Part shown: positions 1-9,507 of the stretch, in pieces
Layout: the number at the start of each line of letters is the position of its first letter
How positions within the stretch are numbered: the stretch's first letter is position 1
Source of the DNA: Candidatus Acutalibacter pullistercoris
GTDB taxonomy: Bacteria > Bacillota > Clostridia > Oscillospirales > Acutalibacteraceae
Direction: 5' to 3'
Assembly (NCBI GenBank): GCA_019115285.1
Contig: DXDU01000068.1
Span: 1 to 54,313, forward strand
Length of the DNA: 54,313 nucleotides
Notes under the pieces: model-generated
Database searches by the model: none
Seen by the model: the letters and a program-made list of their open reading frames with translations, nothing else
What the model was told of the DNA's origin: nothing
Program-made: the position numbers and the translations under genes

Positions 1-66
1 GCGAGACCAGGGGGGTGGGTACTACAAAGCTTTCCCGCCTAGCTATGGCGGCGGGTTGGGTGCGCC
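1..66. repeat. Edge of an intergenic mosaic repeat island, truncated by the window start
   Basis: gcgagaccagggggg-tgggt...aaagctttcccgcctagctatggcggc...gggtgcgccc resembles 33470-33535 and shares motifs with 24950-25020 and 22715-22772. Confidence 0.75.
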
Positions 67-278
67 CTCCTCCACCCCGGGGGCGGGGTATAGGGGGAGG
101 TGGGGAGCTTCCAGGGGCGGGGCAGGCCCCCGGCGATGGGCACCCACCGCTTGGGGGGCGGGGCCTTGGGCCGTCGGCCCGCCACGGCCGCCACCCCCAG
201 GGAGCCCGCCGCCACCAGCCCCCAGCCCAGGATCCCCCACAGCCGGGCGGCCCCCTCTCCCCAGGGGAACAGGCTCAC
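39..278 (-). CDS. Putative small membrane protein (79 aa)
   Basis: The GTG start overlaps the upstream TGA (GTGA, 275-278). One hydrophobic stretch (LWGILGWGLVAAGSLGVAAVA) is followed by a Pro/Arg-rich tail. The C-terminus runs into repeat DNA. Confidence 0.35.
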   Translation of the reverse strand: MSLFPWGEGAARLWGILGWGLVAAGSLGVAAVAGRRPKAPPPKRWVPIAGGLPRPWKLPTSPYTPPPGWRRAHPTRRHS

Positions 279-544
279 GGCCGGGGCAGGCAGGCAAAGT
301 CGCAGAGAAACCCCACGGCCTTGTCCCACCAGGTCACGTCAAAAGAGGCCTCCTGCCCAAAGGCCTTCACCTCCAGCAGGGTGGCCCCGTCCCCCTGCCT
401 GCGCAGCTGCACCGGGGGCGTCCCGTCCCCGAAGCTCAGCCGCCGGCCCTGGTAGTCCACGGTCAAGGCCCCGCAAACCAGCAGCAGCGCCGCCAGGGAC
501 ACCCCCCAAGCCATCCAGAATGGCCTGGTATCTCTCTTTTTCAC
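275..544 (-). CDS. Small membrane-anchored hypothetical protein (89 aa)
   Basis: 3' part of ORF 275..1591. GTG start at 544 follows AAAGGGGGA. Basic N-terminus, then TM segment FWMAWGVSLAALLLVCGALTV. Lies directly downstream of spoIIP. Confidence 0.6.
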   Translation of the reverse strand: MKKRDTRPFWMAWGVSLAALLLVCGALTVDYQGRRLSFGDGTPPVQLRRQGDGATLLEVKAFGQEASFDVTWWDKAVGFLCDFACLPRP

Positions 545-609
545 AGCCGTCCCCCCTTTCCCTTTAGCATGACCGGGAAAGGGCGGTCTACTCCCCGCCG
601 TTTCTTTTT

Positions 610-1668
610 TTACACGCCCTCCAGCAGGGTATTCGCCAAGATCTCCCCGATGAGCTCCCCTGAGTGCCGGGCCTCCGCCACGGTGTTCACCTCGGTGCCC
701 ACCTCCACCAGCACAGAGCCGGTGGTGGCATTCATATTGTATTTGCTGTTGGAGAAGCTCATGGGCCGGGCCAAGCCTGGGTAGAGCCTGGCGGCGGTCT
801 GCTGCAAGCGGAGGATGAGCCGCAGGTTCTCCCGCCAAAGGGGGAAGTCCCCCCAGCTGCCGTCGGCGTCGCAGCCGGCTAAGAACATGATCTGGGCGGC
901 CTTCTCCCCGCCGATCTCCACGGTGGGTTTGTACTTCACCCCGTCCTCGGTGGTCATGGAGTCCCGGTGTATGTCCACCGTCACCTGGATGGTGGGGTAG
1001 GCCTCCAAATTCCGCTGCAAAGTCTCCCAGGACCTGGCGTAGGAGCCGTTGTACAGGGTGTCGTTGACGGTGGTGTCGTGAACGGTCCCAATGCCGTAGG
1101 ACTCCAGCACCCGGCGGATCTCCTCCCCCACCGCCACCACGCTCTGCTCCGGGTCCTCGGTGCGGGTGGCCATGTCCGTGTAGTAAAAGCCGGTGAAGTC
1201 CTGGCTGTAGGCCTCGCTGGTGTGGGTGTGGTACAGCAGCACCTCCACCGAGCCGTCCCCCTGTATCTCCACCGGGGAGGGGGCTTCCAGCTCCGCCAGC
1301 AGGTCTGTGCCGGAACCGGTGGTGTCCTTCACGGTGAAGTCCCCCACCTGCTGCCCCCCGGCGATCACCGTCTCCTCCACCGGGGCATAGTCCCGGTTGG
1401 GGTCCGGGGTACTCTGGACCTGGGGCAGGGAGATCTGGGGGTAGGGGGCCACCCCGTCCTGGGCGGGGGTGGGCACAGGCTCCGCCTCCTTCTCCGGGAC
1501 AGGGGAGGGAGAGGCCTCCTCCACTCCCAGCCCCGCGGCGAAGAGCAGCGCCCCGGCCCCTTTCTCCCCGGCCCAGGTCTGGGCCCGCCACACCAGGCAG
1601 GCGGCCACCAGCGCCGCCGTGCCCAAGGCAGCGGCCCCTTCCAGGAACCGGCGCAGTTTTCCTCCCAT
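610..1668 (-). CDS. spoIIP: Stage II sporulation protein P (engulfment peptidoglycan amidase/endopeptidase)
   Basis: Motifs VLLYHTHTSEAY, DIHRDS and LVEVGTEVNT; N-terminal TM segment; AGGAGG RBS. Confidence 0.9.
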   Translation of the reverse strand: MGGKLRRFLEGAAALGTAALVAACLVWRAQTWAGEKGAGALLFAAGLGVEEASPSPVPEKEAEPVPTPAQDGVAPYPQISLPQVQSTPDPNRDYAPVEETVIAGGQQVGDFTVKDTTGSGTDLLAELEAPSPVEIQGDGSVEVLLYHTHTSEAYSQDFTGFYYTDMATRTEDPEQSVVAVGEEIRRVLESYGIGTVHDTTVNDTLYNGSYARSWETLQRNLEAYPTIQVTVDIHRDSMTTEDGVKYKPTVEIGGEKAAQIMFLAGCDADGSWGDFPLWRENLRLILRLQQTAARLYPGLARPMSFSNSKYNMNATTGSVLVEVGTEVNTVAEARHSGELIGEILANTLLEGV

Positions 1669-1724
1669 GGCCCCTCCTTTCTCCGGCGGCAGGGGGAATT
1701 CAAAAAAAATTCACAAAAACCCCC

Positions 1725-1753
1725 TTGCGGCCGGCGGGATACTTTAGTATAAT
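1725..1753 (+). promoter_or_regulatory. Putative sigma-A promoter of citrate synthase
   Basis: TTGCGG-17 bp-TATAAT. Confidence 0.55.
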
Positions 1754-1830
1754 AAAGTTTAAATAACCTAAAAACCACTGAAAAACGCCGCGAAATTGCA
1801 GCAAAACAGCGAAGAAAGGAGATCGAGACT

Positions 1831-3183
1831 ATGTCCATCTATTCGGAGATCCGTCCAGAGGTCCGCAAGTTGGCGGACTTGTGCCTGGAAAACAGCAAGA
1901 TCGACCCGGAACTGTACGTGAAGTACGACGTGAAGCGGGGCCTGCGGGACTTAAACGGCAAAGGCGTCCTCACGGGCCTGACCACGATCTCGGAGATCAT
2001 CTCCTCGAAGACGGTAGACGGCAAAAGTGTCCCCTGCGAAGGGGAGCTGTACTACCGGGGCTACAGCGTGGAGGAGCTGGTGCGCCGCCAGCCCAAGGGG
2101 GACAACTTCGGCTTTGAGCGCACCGCCTACCTGCTGCTCTTCGGCGACCTGCCCACCCCGGAGGACCTGCAGGGCTTCTGCCAGCTGCTCTCCTTCTACC
2201 GGACCCTGCCCACCAGCTTTGTCAGGGACATCATCATGAAGGCCCCCAGCTCTGACATGATGAACACCCTGGCCCGCAGCGTGCTCACCCTCTATTCCTA
2301 TGACGAGGACGCGGAGGATATTTCCATTCCCAACGTGCTGCGCCAGTGCATCCAGCTCATCGCCCTGTTCCCCCTGCTGTCTGTCTACGGCTACCAGGCC
2401 TACCGCCACTACCACGACGGCCAGAGCCTGTTCATCCACCAGCCCGACCCCAAGCTCTCCACCTCGGAGAACATCCTGCGCATCCTGCGGCCGGACTGCT
2501 CGTACACCGAGCTGGAGGCCAAGGTGCTGGACATCGCCCTGATCCTCCACGCGGACCACGGCGGCGGCAACAACTCCACCTTTACCACCCACGTGGTCAC
2601 CTCTTCCGGCACGGACACCTACTCCGCCATTGCCGCGGCCCTGGGGTCTTTGAAGGGCCCCAAGCACGGCGGCGCCAACATCAAGGTGGTAAAGATGTTC
2701 GAGGACATCAAAGAGCACGTAAAAGACTGGGCCGACGATGAGGAACTCTACGCCTACCTGAAGAAGCTCCTGCACAAAGAGGCCTTCGACCGCTCCGGCC
2801 TGATCTACGGCATGGGCCACGCGGTGTACTCCCTCTCCGACCCCAGAGCCAAGATCATGTCCCAGTTCGTGGAGCGCCTCTCCGCAGAGAAGGGCCGGAA
2901 AGAGGAGTACCAGCTCTACTCCAACGTGGAGCGCCTGGCCACCAAGCTCATCGCCGAGGAGCGGAAGATCTACAAAGGCGTGGCGGCCAACGTGGACTTC
3001 TACAGCGGGTTCATCTACTCCATGCTGGACCTGCCCATGGAGCTGTACACCCCCATCTTCGCCATCTCCCGCATCGCGGGCTGGAGCGCCCACCGCATTG
3101 AGGAACTCATCGGCGGCGGCAAGATCATCCGCCCCGCCTACATGGCCGTGCAGCCCCACCGCCAGTTCCCCCAGGAGCTGTAA
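1831..3183 (+). CDS. gltA: Citrate synthase (citrate/2-methylcitrate synthase family)
   Basis: Motifs DHGGGNNSTFT, GPKHGGAN, GMGHAVY and NVDFYSG; AAGGAG RBS. Confidence 0.93.
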   Translation: MSIYSEIRPEVRKLADLCLENSKIDPELYVKYDVKRGLRDLNGKGVLTGLTTISEIISSKTVDGKSVPCEGELYYRGYSVEELVRRQPKGDNFGFERTAYLLLFGDLPTPEDLQGFCQLLSFYRTLPTSFVRDIIMKAPSSDMMNTLARSVLTLYSYDEDAEDISIPNVLRQCIQLIALFPLLSVYGYQAYRHYHDGQSLFIHQPDPKLSTSENILRILRPDCSYTELEAKVLDIALILHADHGGGNNSTFTTHVVTSSGTDTYSAIAAALGSLKGPKHGGANIKVVKMFEDIKEHVKDWADDEELYAYLKKLLHKEAFDRSGLIYGMGHAVYSLSDPRAKIMSQFVERLSAEKGRKEEYQLYSNVERLATKLIAEERKIYKGVAANVDFYSGFIYSMLDLPMELYTPIFAISRIAGWSAHRIEELIGGGKIIRPAYMAVQPHRQFPQEL

Positions 3184-3199
3184 GCGCGGGGGTCCGTGC

Positions 3200-4170
3200 C
3201 CGCCCGGGACAGGAAAATCCCTCTGGGCTACGCCCGCCGGGATTTTGGATGCGTCTTCCCAACCTGGCCGGTCAGAGCAATTGAAAATCCCGGAACGCCC
3301 TTTGTGGAGGGATTTTATTGGCCTGCGGTGCCAACCGCCCCACCCCCGGTCTCACCCACAGCCTCGCTCTGGAGGAGCGATGCCCACCCCCTGCCCCCTT
3401 CCATGCACTCACCGTGCGTAGGAGGATAGCCTGCCGGCATGGGAGGGGGTAACAATTATATAGTTTAATTCCAAAGGGGGGAGCTAACGCTCCCCCCTTT
3501 GAGAACCCCCCCAATTTTAAGGACGCCCTCTCAGTCAGCGCTATGCGCTGACAGCGTCTCACCTGCCGGTTCGGTCGGTCGCTGGACGCGTGCCACCGGC
3601 ACGCAGCGACCCCCATAGGGGGAGCCAAGTCTCGGCTCTCCCCCTGGGAGAGCTGGCACGACGAAGTCGTGACTGAGAGGGCAGCTCTCCTGCCCCCATA
3701 ACTGTTAGCCTCCCTTGAGGCAGAGAGCTATAAAACGTGGGGGTTCACAAAGGGGGAGGCATCGCCTCCCCCTTTGGAATTAAACTATATAACTTCCACC
3801 CCCTCCCGTACGCAAAAGGTTGAGACTTAAGCTCTCTATCCTTACGGGAGGGGGTGAGCGAGCGCCACTGGCGCTCTGCCGCGAACCGGTCTCAGCTCCC
3901 GCTTCGGTCGGCGCTGAACGGTCGCCACCGGCGACCAGCGCCCGACGCGGCAGCGGAGACCAGGGGGTGGGCTTGTATAAAGCTTGCCGCCAGGCGAGGC
4001 GGGAAGGGCATTCGCCCAGCCCGGGTCAACCCGCCCTTAAAATCCCGGAGCGCCCTTCAGCGGAGGGATTTTATTGCCCCGCGCGGGCACGCGCCCCGGC
4101 GCACGAAGTGCAGAGGGATTTTCCCGCCCCGTCCGGGCACGGACCCCGCGGTGCCAACCGCCCCATCTTC
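3200..4170. repeat. Intergenic mosaic repeat island 1
   Basis: Contains AAAATCCC..GGGATTTT hairpins (3214, 3284, 4039), CCCCTCCCG..CGGGAGGGG hairpins, CAAAGGGGG..CCCCCTTTG hairpins, module F (3556-3610), module G (3633-3680) and module A (3851-3945). All recur elsewhere in the window. Confidence 0.9.
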
Positions 4171-4259
4171 TAGGCGGGAGGGGAGGAGAAATTATTGTTA
4201 AAAATGGCTAAATTCTCGCCGGTGAAAAAGTAAAATTCAGATAATCTCTGCTTTTCTGC

Positions 4260-4288
4260 TTGTATTCCCTCTGGGAATGTACTATAAT
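4260..4288 (+). promoter_or_regulatory. Putative sigma-A promoter of the EF-G paralog
   Basis: TTGTAT-17 bp-TATAAT. Confidence 0.55.
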
Positions 4289-4387
4289 AAAGGAGCCTTG
4301 CATCGGAAGTTTTTTGCATAGTGATGAAAAAGCATGGCGCGGCGGCTTTTCGCCGCTGAAATCCTACCCGGGAGGGAGCAATCGACA

Positions 4388-6460
4388 ATGAACCAATATC
4401 AGGCGAACCATATCATCAACCTGGCGGTAGCCGGGCACAGCGGGGCGGGAAAGACCTCCCTGGCGGAGGCCATGCTCTATCTTTCCGGCGCCTCCGACCG
4501 GCGGGGCAAAGTGGGCGACGGCAACACCGTCTGCGACTACGACCCCGAGGAGATCCGCCGCAAGTCCTCCATCGCCGCCGCCGTGGCGCCCCTGGAGTGG
4601 AAAAACAAGAAGATCAACCTGCTGGACGCCCCGGGCCTCTTCGACTTTGAGGGCGGCATGATGGAAGCCATGCGGGCCGCGGACACGGTGCTGGTGGTCA
4701 TCTCCGGCAAAGACGGGGTGGCCGTGGGCACGGAGAAGGCCGTGGCTGCCGCCGAGAAGCGGGACCTGGCCAAGATCTTCTTCGTCAACGGCCTGTGCGA
4801 CGAGAGCGCCCGGTTCTACCGTGTGTTCGAGGACCTGAAGGCCCAGTTCGGCCCCTCGGTGTGCCCTGTGGTGGTGCCCTACATCCAGGACGGCCAGGCT
4901 AACATCTACATCAACCTGCTGGAGTACAAGGCCTACGACTACTCCGGCGGCAAGCCCGTGGCCGTGCCCATGCCCGACATGGGCGACCGGCTGGAAGGCC
5001 TGCGCACCGCCATTTACGAGGCCGTCGCCGAGACCGACGACGAGCTGTTTGAGAAATACTTCGCCGGCGAGTCCTTCACCCCCGAAGAGGTGATCCTGGG
5101 CGTGAGCAAGGGCGTCAAGGCCGGCACCATCACCCCCGTGTTCTGCGGCGACGCCATGCTCATGCGGGGCATGGAGCAGTTCCTGGACGGCCTGTGCTGG
5201 CTGGCCCCCACGGCCCAGGACAAGGCAGGGGAGCTGGGCGTGGACGTGGACGGCAACCCGGTGGAGCTCCCGGTCAACGAGGACGGGGCCGCGGCTGCCA
5301 TCGTGTTCAAAACCGTGGCCGACCCCTTCATCGGCAAGCTCTCTTACCTGAAGGTGATCTCCGGCAAGATCTCCACCGAATCCCAGCTCATCAACATGCG
5401 CACCGGCAATCCCGAGCGGGTGGGCAAGACCGTGATGATGGTGGGCAAAAAGCAGGTGGACGTGAAGTACATCGGCGCCGGGGACATCGGCGCCATCCCC
5501 AAGCTCTCTGCCACCAACACCGGCGACACCCTGTGCGCGCCTCTGCGGAAAGTCACCCTGGAAGGGGTGGAGTATCCCACTCCCACCCTGTCCATGGCCA
5601 TCGTCCCCCAGAAGAAGGGCGAGGAGGACAAGGTGGCCCAGGGCATGCTGCGGCTGTCTGAGGAAGACCCCACCCTGGGCTTCTCCACCAACGCCGAGAC
5701 CCACGAGATGGTCCTCTCCGGCCTGGGCGAGCAGCACCTGGACGTGGCCGTCTCCAAGCTGAAGGCCAAGTTCGGCGTAGACGTCTCCCTGAAGAAACCC
5801 AAGGTCCCCTACCGGGAGACCATCCGCAAGACTGTGCAGGTCCAGGGCCGGCACAAGAAGCAGACCGGCGGCCACGGCCAGTTCGGCGACGTGTGGATCG
5901 AATTCTCCCCCTGCGACAGCGAGGGCCTGGAATTCGGCGAGCGCGTGGTGGGCGGCTCTGTGCCCAAGGGCTTCTTCCCCGCCGTGGAGAAGGGCCTGCG
6001 GGAGTGCATCCAGAAGGGCCCCCTGGCCGGGTACCCTGTGGTGGGCCTGTCCGCCGTGCTGTACGACGGCTCTTACCACCCGGTGGACTCCTCTGAAATG
6101 TCCTTTAAGACCGCCGCCGCCCTGGCCTACAAGGCCGGTATGCCCCAGGCAAACCCCGTGCTCTTAGAGCCCATCGGCCACCTGAAGGCCACCGTGCCCG
6201 ACGCCAACATGGGCGACATCATGGGCGAGGTGAACAAGCGCCGGGGCCGGGTGCTGGGCATGGAGCCCGCGGGCCACGGCCGCCAGACCGTAGAGGCGGA
6301 AGTTCCCATGGCCGAGATGCACGACTTCACCACCTTCATCCGCCAGTGCACCCAGGGCCGTGGCAGCTTTACCTTTGAGTTCGAGCGCTACGAGGAAGCC
6401 CCCCAGAACGTGGCCCAGAAGGTCATTGAAGAGGCAAAAGCCGAGGCGGGCGACAACTGA
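4388..6460 (+). CDS. Elongation factor G paralog (EF-G2-like) with divergent GTPase motifs
   Basis: GHSGAGKT P-loop plus EF-G domain III-V motifs (GLGEQHL, VPYRETI, HKKQTGGHGQF, GSYHPVDSSEMSF, LLEPI, TQGRG). Not in a str operon. ATG at 4388 follows GGAGGGAG. Confidence 0.9.
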   Translation: MNQYQANHIINLAVAGHSGAGKTSLAEAMLYLSGASDRRGKVGDGNTVCDYDPEEIRRKSSIAAAVAPLEWKNKKINLLDAPGLFDFEGGMMEAMRAADTVLVVISGKDGVAVGTEKAVAAAEKRDLAKIFFVNGLCDESARFYRVFEDLKAQFGPSVCPVVVPYIQDGQANIYINLLEYKAYDYSGGKPVAVPMPDMGDRLEGLRTAIYEAVAETDDELFEKYFAGESFTPEEVILGVSKGVKAGTITPVFCGDAMLMRGMEQFLDGLCWLAPTAQDKAGELGVDVDGNPVELPVNEDGAAAAIVFKTVADPFIGKLSYLKVISGKISTESQLINMRTGNPERVGKTVMMVGKKQVDVKYIGAGDIGAIPKLSATNTGDTLCAPLRKVTLEGVEYPTPTLSMAIVPQKKGEEDKVAQGMLRLSEEDPTLGFSTNAETHEMVLSGLGEQHLDVAVSKLKAKFGVDVSLKKPKVPYRETIRKTVQVQGRHKKQTGGHGQFGDVWIEFSPCDSEGLEFGERVVGGSVPKGFFPAVEKGLRECIQKGPLAGYPVVGLSAVLYDGSYHPVDSSEMSFKTAAALAYKAGMPQANPVLLEPIGHLKATVPDANMGDIMGEVNKRRGRVLGMEPAGHGRQTVEAEVPMAEMHDFTTFIRQCTQGRGSFTFEFERYEEAPQNVAQKVIEEAKAEAGDN

Positions 6461-6480
6461 TCTTTTTCCAAAACCACCTA

Positions 6481-6511
6481 AAAAGAGGGGAGCCTCCGGC
6501 TTCCCTCTTTT
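6481..6511 (+). terminator. Intrinsic terminator after the EF-G paralog
   Basis: AAAAGAGGGGAGCC-TCC-GGCTTCCCTCTTTT hairpin. Confidence 0.7.
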
Positions 6512-6519
6512 CGCTCCCT

Positions 6520-7040
6520 CCTTGCCGCCAGTTGGTAAGTTTTGTGGTGCCCACCCCCTGGTCTCGCCCGCCGGCCTGCCCAGGGCTTGGTGCTGCCTAC
6601 CCCCTGCCCCCTCCCGCGCCCAAACTATGGCGAAAGCTGCTCCCCTTCTGGCGCGGGAGGGGGATTTTAATTTTAATATTTAATAGGATTTCCAAGGGGA
6701 CTCCGTCCCCTTGAACCCCTGTTTATAGATAGTCTCCCTTGATGCAGAAAGCTCTAAAATGTGGGGGGTTGTCAAAGGGGGGAGCGATAGCTCCCCCCTT
6801 TGGAATGAGAGTATAGACTTATATCCCCCTCCCGTACAGAAAAGGATAAGATTATAGCTCACTATCCTTACGGGAGGGGGGTAGGGGGGTGGGCAGCATC
6901 GAACTACCCCAAGCCGGCAGGCGAGACGGGGGATACGGCCCAGGTACGGTCAACCCGCCCCAAAATCCCGGAGCGTCCCTCAGCGGAGGGATTTTCCTGG
7001 CCCGTCCGGCCACGGACCCCCGCGCGGGCACGCGCGGATA
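6520..7040. repeat. Intergenic mosaic repeat island 2 (one ~295-bp core unit at 6598-6892 plus an AAAATCCC hairpin)
   Basis: Same module order as 19398-19680 and 24607-24945. Confidence 0.9.
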
Positions 7041-7133
7041 ATGTTTTTACGCAAAACCCTTGCAAGTTTTACGGGGATGTGCGATGATACTGGTAACGGA
7101 CGCCGCTTTGGCGGCGGGAGAGGAGCGTCCCCT

Positions 7134-8426
7134 ATGGACAGAGAGCAAAATAAATTTACCAAGACGGAAAAGAGCTGGATCCTCTACGACTGGGCCAACT
7201 CCGTGTACGCCACCAACATCATGGCGGTAATCTTCCCCATCTACTTCGGCAACGTGTGCGCCGCCGCCGGGGCGGACAACCTGGTGCTGTGGTCCTACGG
7301 CACCTCCGCCGCCACCTTCCTGGTGGCTGTGCTGGCCCCCATCCTGGGGTCCCTGGCCGATCACAAAGGCCACAAGAAAAAGCTGTTTTCCGCCTGCATG
7401 ATCCTGGGCGTGCTGTTCACCCTCATGAACGCCTTTACCGACGACTACCGCATGCTGCTGGTGGGCTATGTGATCAGCCACATAGGCTTTTCCGGCTCCT
7501 GCCTGTTTTACGACGCCTTTCTCACCGACGTGACCACCAGGGAACGGATGGACCGGGTTTCCGCCTGGGGCTACGCCATGGGGTACATCGGGGGCAGCAC
7601 CATCCCCTTTGTGCTGTCCATTGTGATCCTCCTGGTGCTGGGCATGGAGAACCCCCTGGCCTTTAAGCTCATCATCGTCCTCACCAGCGTCTGGTGGCTG
7701 CTGTTCAGCATCCCCTTCCTAAAGAACGTCCGGCAGATCCACTACGTGGAAGCCAAACGGAACTTGCTGCGCTCCACCTTCCACAACCTGTGGACCACCG
7801 CCAAGGACATCTTCACCCACAAGCGGGTGCTGCTGTTCATCCTCGCCTACTTCTTCTACATCGACGGGGTGAACACCATCATCTCCATCTCCACCTCCTA
7901 CGGCACCAAGCTGGGGCTGGACAACATCAGCATGATCCTGGCCCTGCTGGTCACCCAGATTGTGGCGGTGCCCTTCTCCATCCTCTTCGGCCGGCTGGCG
8001 GAGCGGGTGGGGTCCATCAACCTGCTGTGCGGGGCGGTGTGCGTCTACTTCTGCATCACCGCCGTGGGCTTCTTCATGGGCTTCAACATCGAGCAGAACC
8101 CCGGGGACGACAGCGCCCTGACCCTGTCCCTGGTGCTGTTCTGGTGCATGGCCTTCCTGGTGGGCACAGTGCAGGGGGGCATCCAGGCCCTCAGCCGGTC
8201 CTACTTCGGCAAGCTCATTCCCCCCGACCGCTCCAACGAGTACTTCGGCTTCTTCGACATTTTCGGCAAGTTCGCCGCGGTGATAGGTCCCCTGCTGGTG
8301 GGCCTGTTCACCCAGTTCACCGGTCGGGACTCCATCGGCGTCATCTCCCTGGCCATCCTGTTCCTCATCGGCGGGGCCATCCTCTTCTCCGGGAGGACCA
8401 CCCTCTTCGCCGGGGAGAAGAAGTGA
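7134..8426 (+). CDS. MFS transporter (UMF1/Atg22-like family)
   Basis: SWILYDWANSVY N-terminus; AYFFYIDGVNTI and GGIQALSRSYFGKLIP motifs; about 12 hydrophobic segments; GAGGAG RBS. Confidence 0.88.
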   Translation: MDREQNKFTKTEKSWILYDWANSVYATNIMAVIFPIYFGNVCAAAGADNLVLWSYGTSAATFLVAVLAPILGSLADHKGHKKKLFSACMILGVLFTLMNAFTDDYRMLLVGYVISHIGFSGSCLFYDAFLTDVTTRERMDRVSAWGYAMGYIGGSTIPFVLSIVILLVLGMENPLAFKLIIVLTSVWWLLFSIPFLKNVRQIHYVEAKRNLLRSTFHNLWTTAKDIFTHKRVLLFILAYFFYIDGVNTIISISTSYGTKLGLDNISMILALLVTQIVAVPFSILFGRLAERVGSINLLCGAVCVYFCITAVGFFMGFNIEQNPGDDSALTLSLVLFWCMAFLVGTVQGGIQALSRSYFGKLIPPDRSNEYFGFFDIFGKFAAVIGPLLVGLFTQFTGRDSIGVISLAILFLIGGAILFSGRTTLFAGEKK

Positions 8427-8444
8427 CAATCCCCTCGAAGCGCG

Positions 8445-8478
8445 AAAAAGGCGTCCGGGCTGCCCGGGCGCCTTTTTT
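8445..8478. terminator. Bidirectional intrinsic terminator
   Basis: AAAAAGGCGTCCGGGC/GCCCGGGCGCCTTTTTT between convergent genes. Confidence 0.75.
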
Positions 8479-8492
8479 GGCTCTATGTTCGG

Positions 8493-9506
8493 TTACAGGG
8501 TCACGGCCCTGCCCTCTCTGGCGGACTGGTACGTGGCCAACAGCAGCTCCGCCGTGTCCCGGATACCGGGGATGTCGTTTAAGAACCTCTCTCCCGTTTC
8601 CAGGCAGTGGTAAAAGTCCCCGATGCACAGGCCGTGGCTGGCGCCCCAGTAGGCCTTCCCCGTGGCGGGAGACTTGGGCTGGGCCAGGCTGAAGTGCTCT
8701 TTGGTGCCGTCTTTCCAGGAAAGGGCCACCTCCTGCTCCTCCATGCGCAGGGTCACGTTTTCGCAAACGAGCTCCACCAGCACGGGGGAGTCGGCGCAGT
8801 GGGCGGTGGTGGCGTAGAACAGGGCGTGGGCCCCCTCAAAGTCCAGGTAGGCTTCCAGGGTGTCCTCCACCTCGATCACCCCTTTTAGGTGGTGGTTGGC
8901 CATGGTGGCCTCCACCCCCTTGGCACGGCCCAGGAACTGCACCAGCAGATCCAGGGTGTGGATGGACTGGTTGATGAGCACTCCGCCTCCCTCTGTCTCC
9001 AGGCTGCCCCGCCAGCCGCTTTCCGTGTAGTAGGGAGCCTCCCGGTGCCAGGTGACAAAGGCCCTGGCCCCCAGGACCTTCCCCGCCTCCCCAGAGGCCA
9101 GCACCTCTTTCAGCAGGTGGACGCTCTGGTTGTACCGGTTCTGGAAGCACACCCCCACCCGCACCGGGGCCTGCTCCAGGGCCTGGAACTCCTCCCACTG
9201 GGCCCTATTCATCACCGGGGGCTTTTCCGTAAACACGTGGACACCCCGTTCCGCCGCCAGCTTTGCCATGGGGGTGTGCAGGTAGTGGGGGGTGCAGAGG
9301 TGCAGGCAATTAAGCCCCTCTTTCTCCAGCATCTCCTCCAGAGAGGGGTAGGGGACGCCCCCGAAGGTCTCGGCGAAGGCCTGGGCCCGCTCCGGCCGGA
9401 TGTCGGCGCAGGCGGCAAGCTCCACCCCGGGCAGCTCCCGGAGCACCCCGCCGTGGACCTGGGCGATGCCGCCGCAGCCCACCACTCCCACCCGATAGGT
9501 GTTCAT
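8493..9506 (-). CDS. Gfo/Idh/MocA family NAD(P)-dependent oxidoreductase
   Basis: Motifs VGVVGCGGIA, HVFTEKP and GGGVLINQSIHTLD. Confidence 0.9.
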   Translation of the reverse strand: MNTYRVGVVGCGGIAQVHGGVLRELPGVELAACADIRPERAQAFAETFGGVPYPSLEEMLEKEGLNCLHLCTPHYLHTPMAKLAAERGVHVFTEKPPVMNRAQWEEFQALEQAPVRVGVCFQNRYNQSVHLLKEVLASGEAGKVLGARAFVTWHREAPYYTESGWRGSLETEGGGVLINQSIHTLDLLVQFLGRAKGVEATMANHHLKGVIEVEDTLEAYLDFEGAHALFYATTAHCADSPVLVELVCENVTLRMEEQEVALSWKDGTKEHFSLAQPKSPATGKAYWGASHGLCIGDFYHCLETGERFLNDIPGIRDTAELLLATYQSAREGRAVTL

Positions 9507-9507
9507 G

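Noticed and set aside
545-1591. N-terminal 349 codons of ORF 275..1591
   Set aside because: They overlap spoIIP in another frame. Only the last 89 codons have their own RBS and look like a real gene.
3820-4201. Recurrent short ORFs in the repeat islands (e.g. MSERRWRSAANRSQLPLRSALNGR, MALCREPVSAPASVGAERSP; also at 19557, 22428, 24320, 51322)
   Set aside because: They are translations of module A in varying frames, with inconsistent starts and ends and no RBS. They are not genes.
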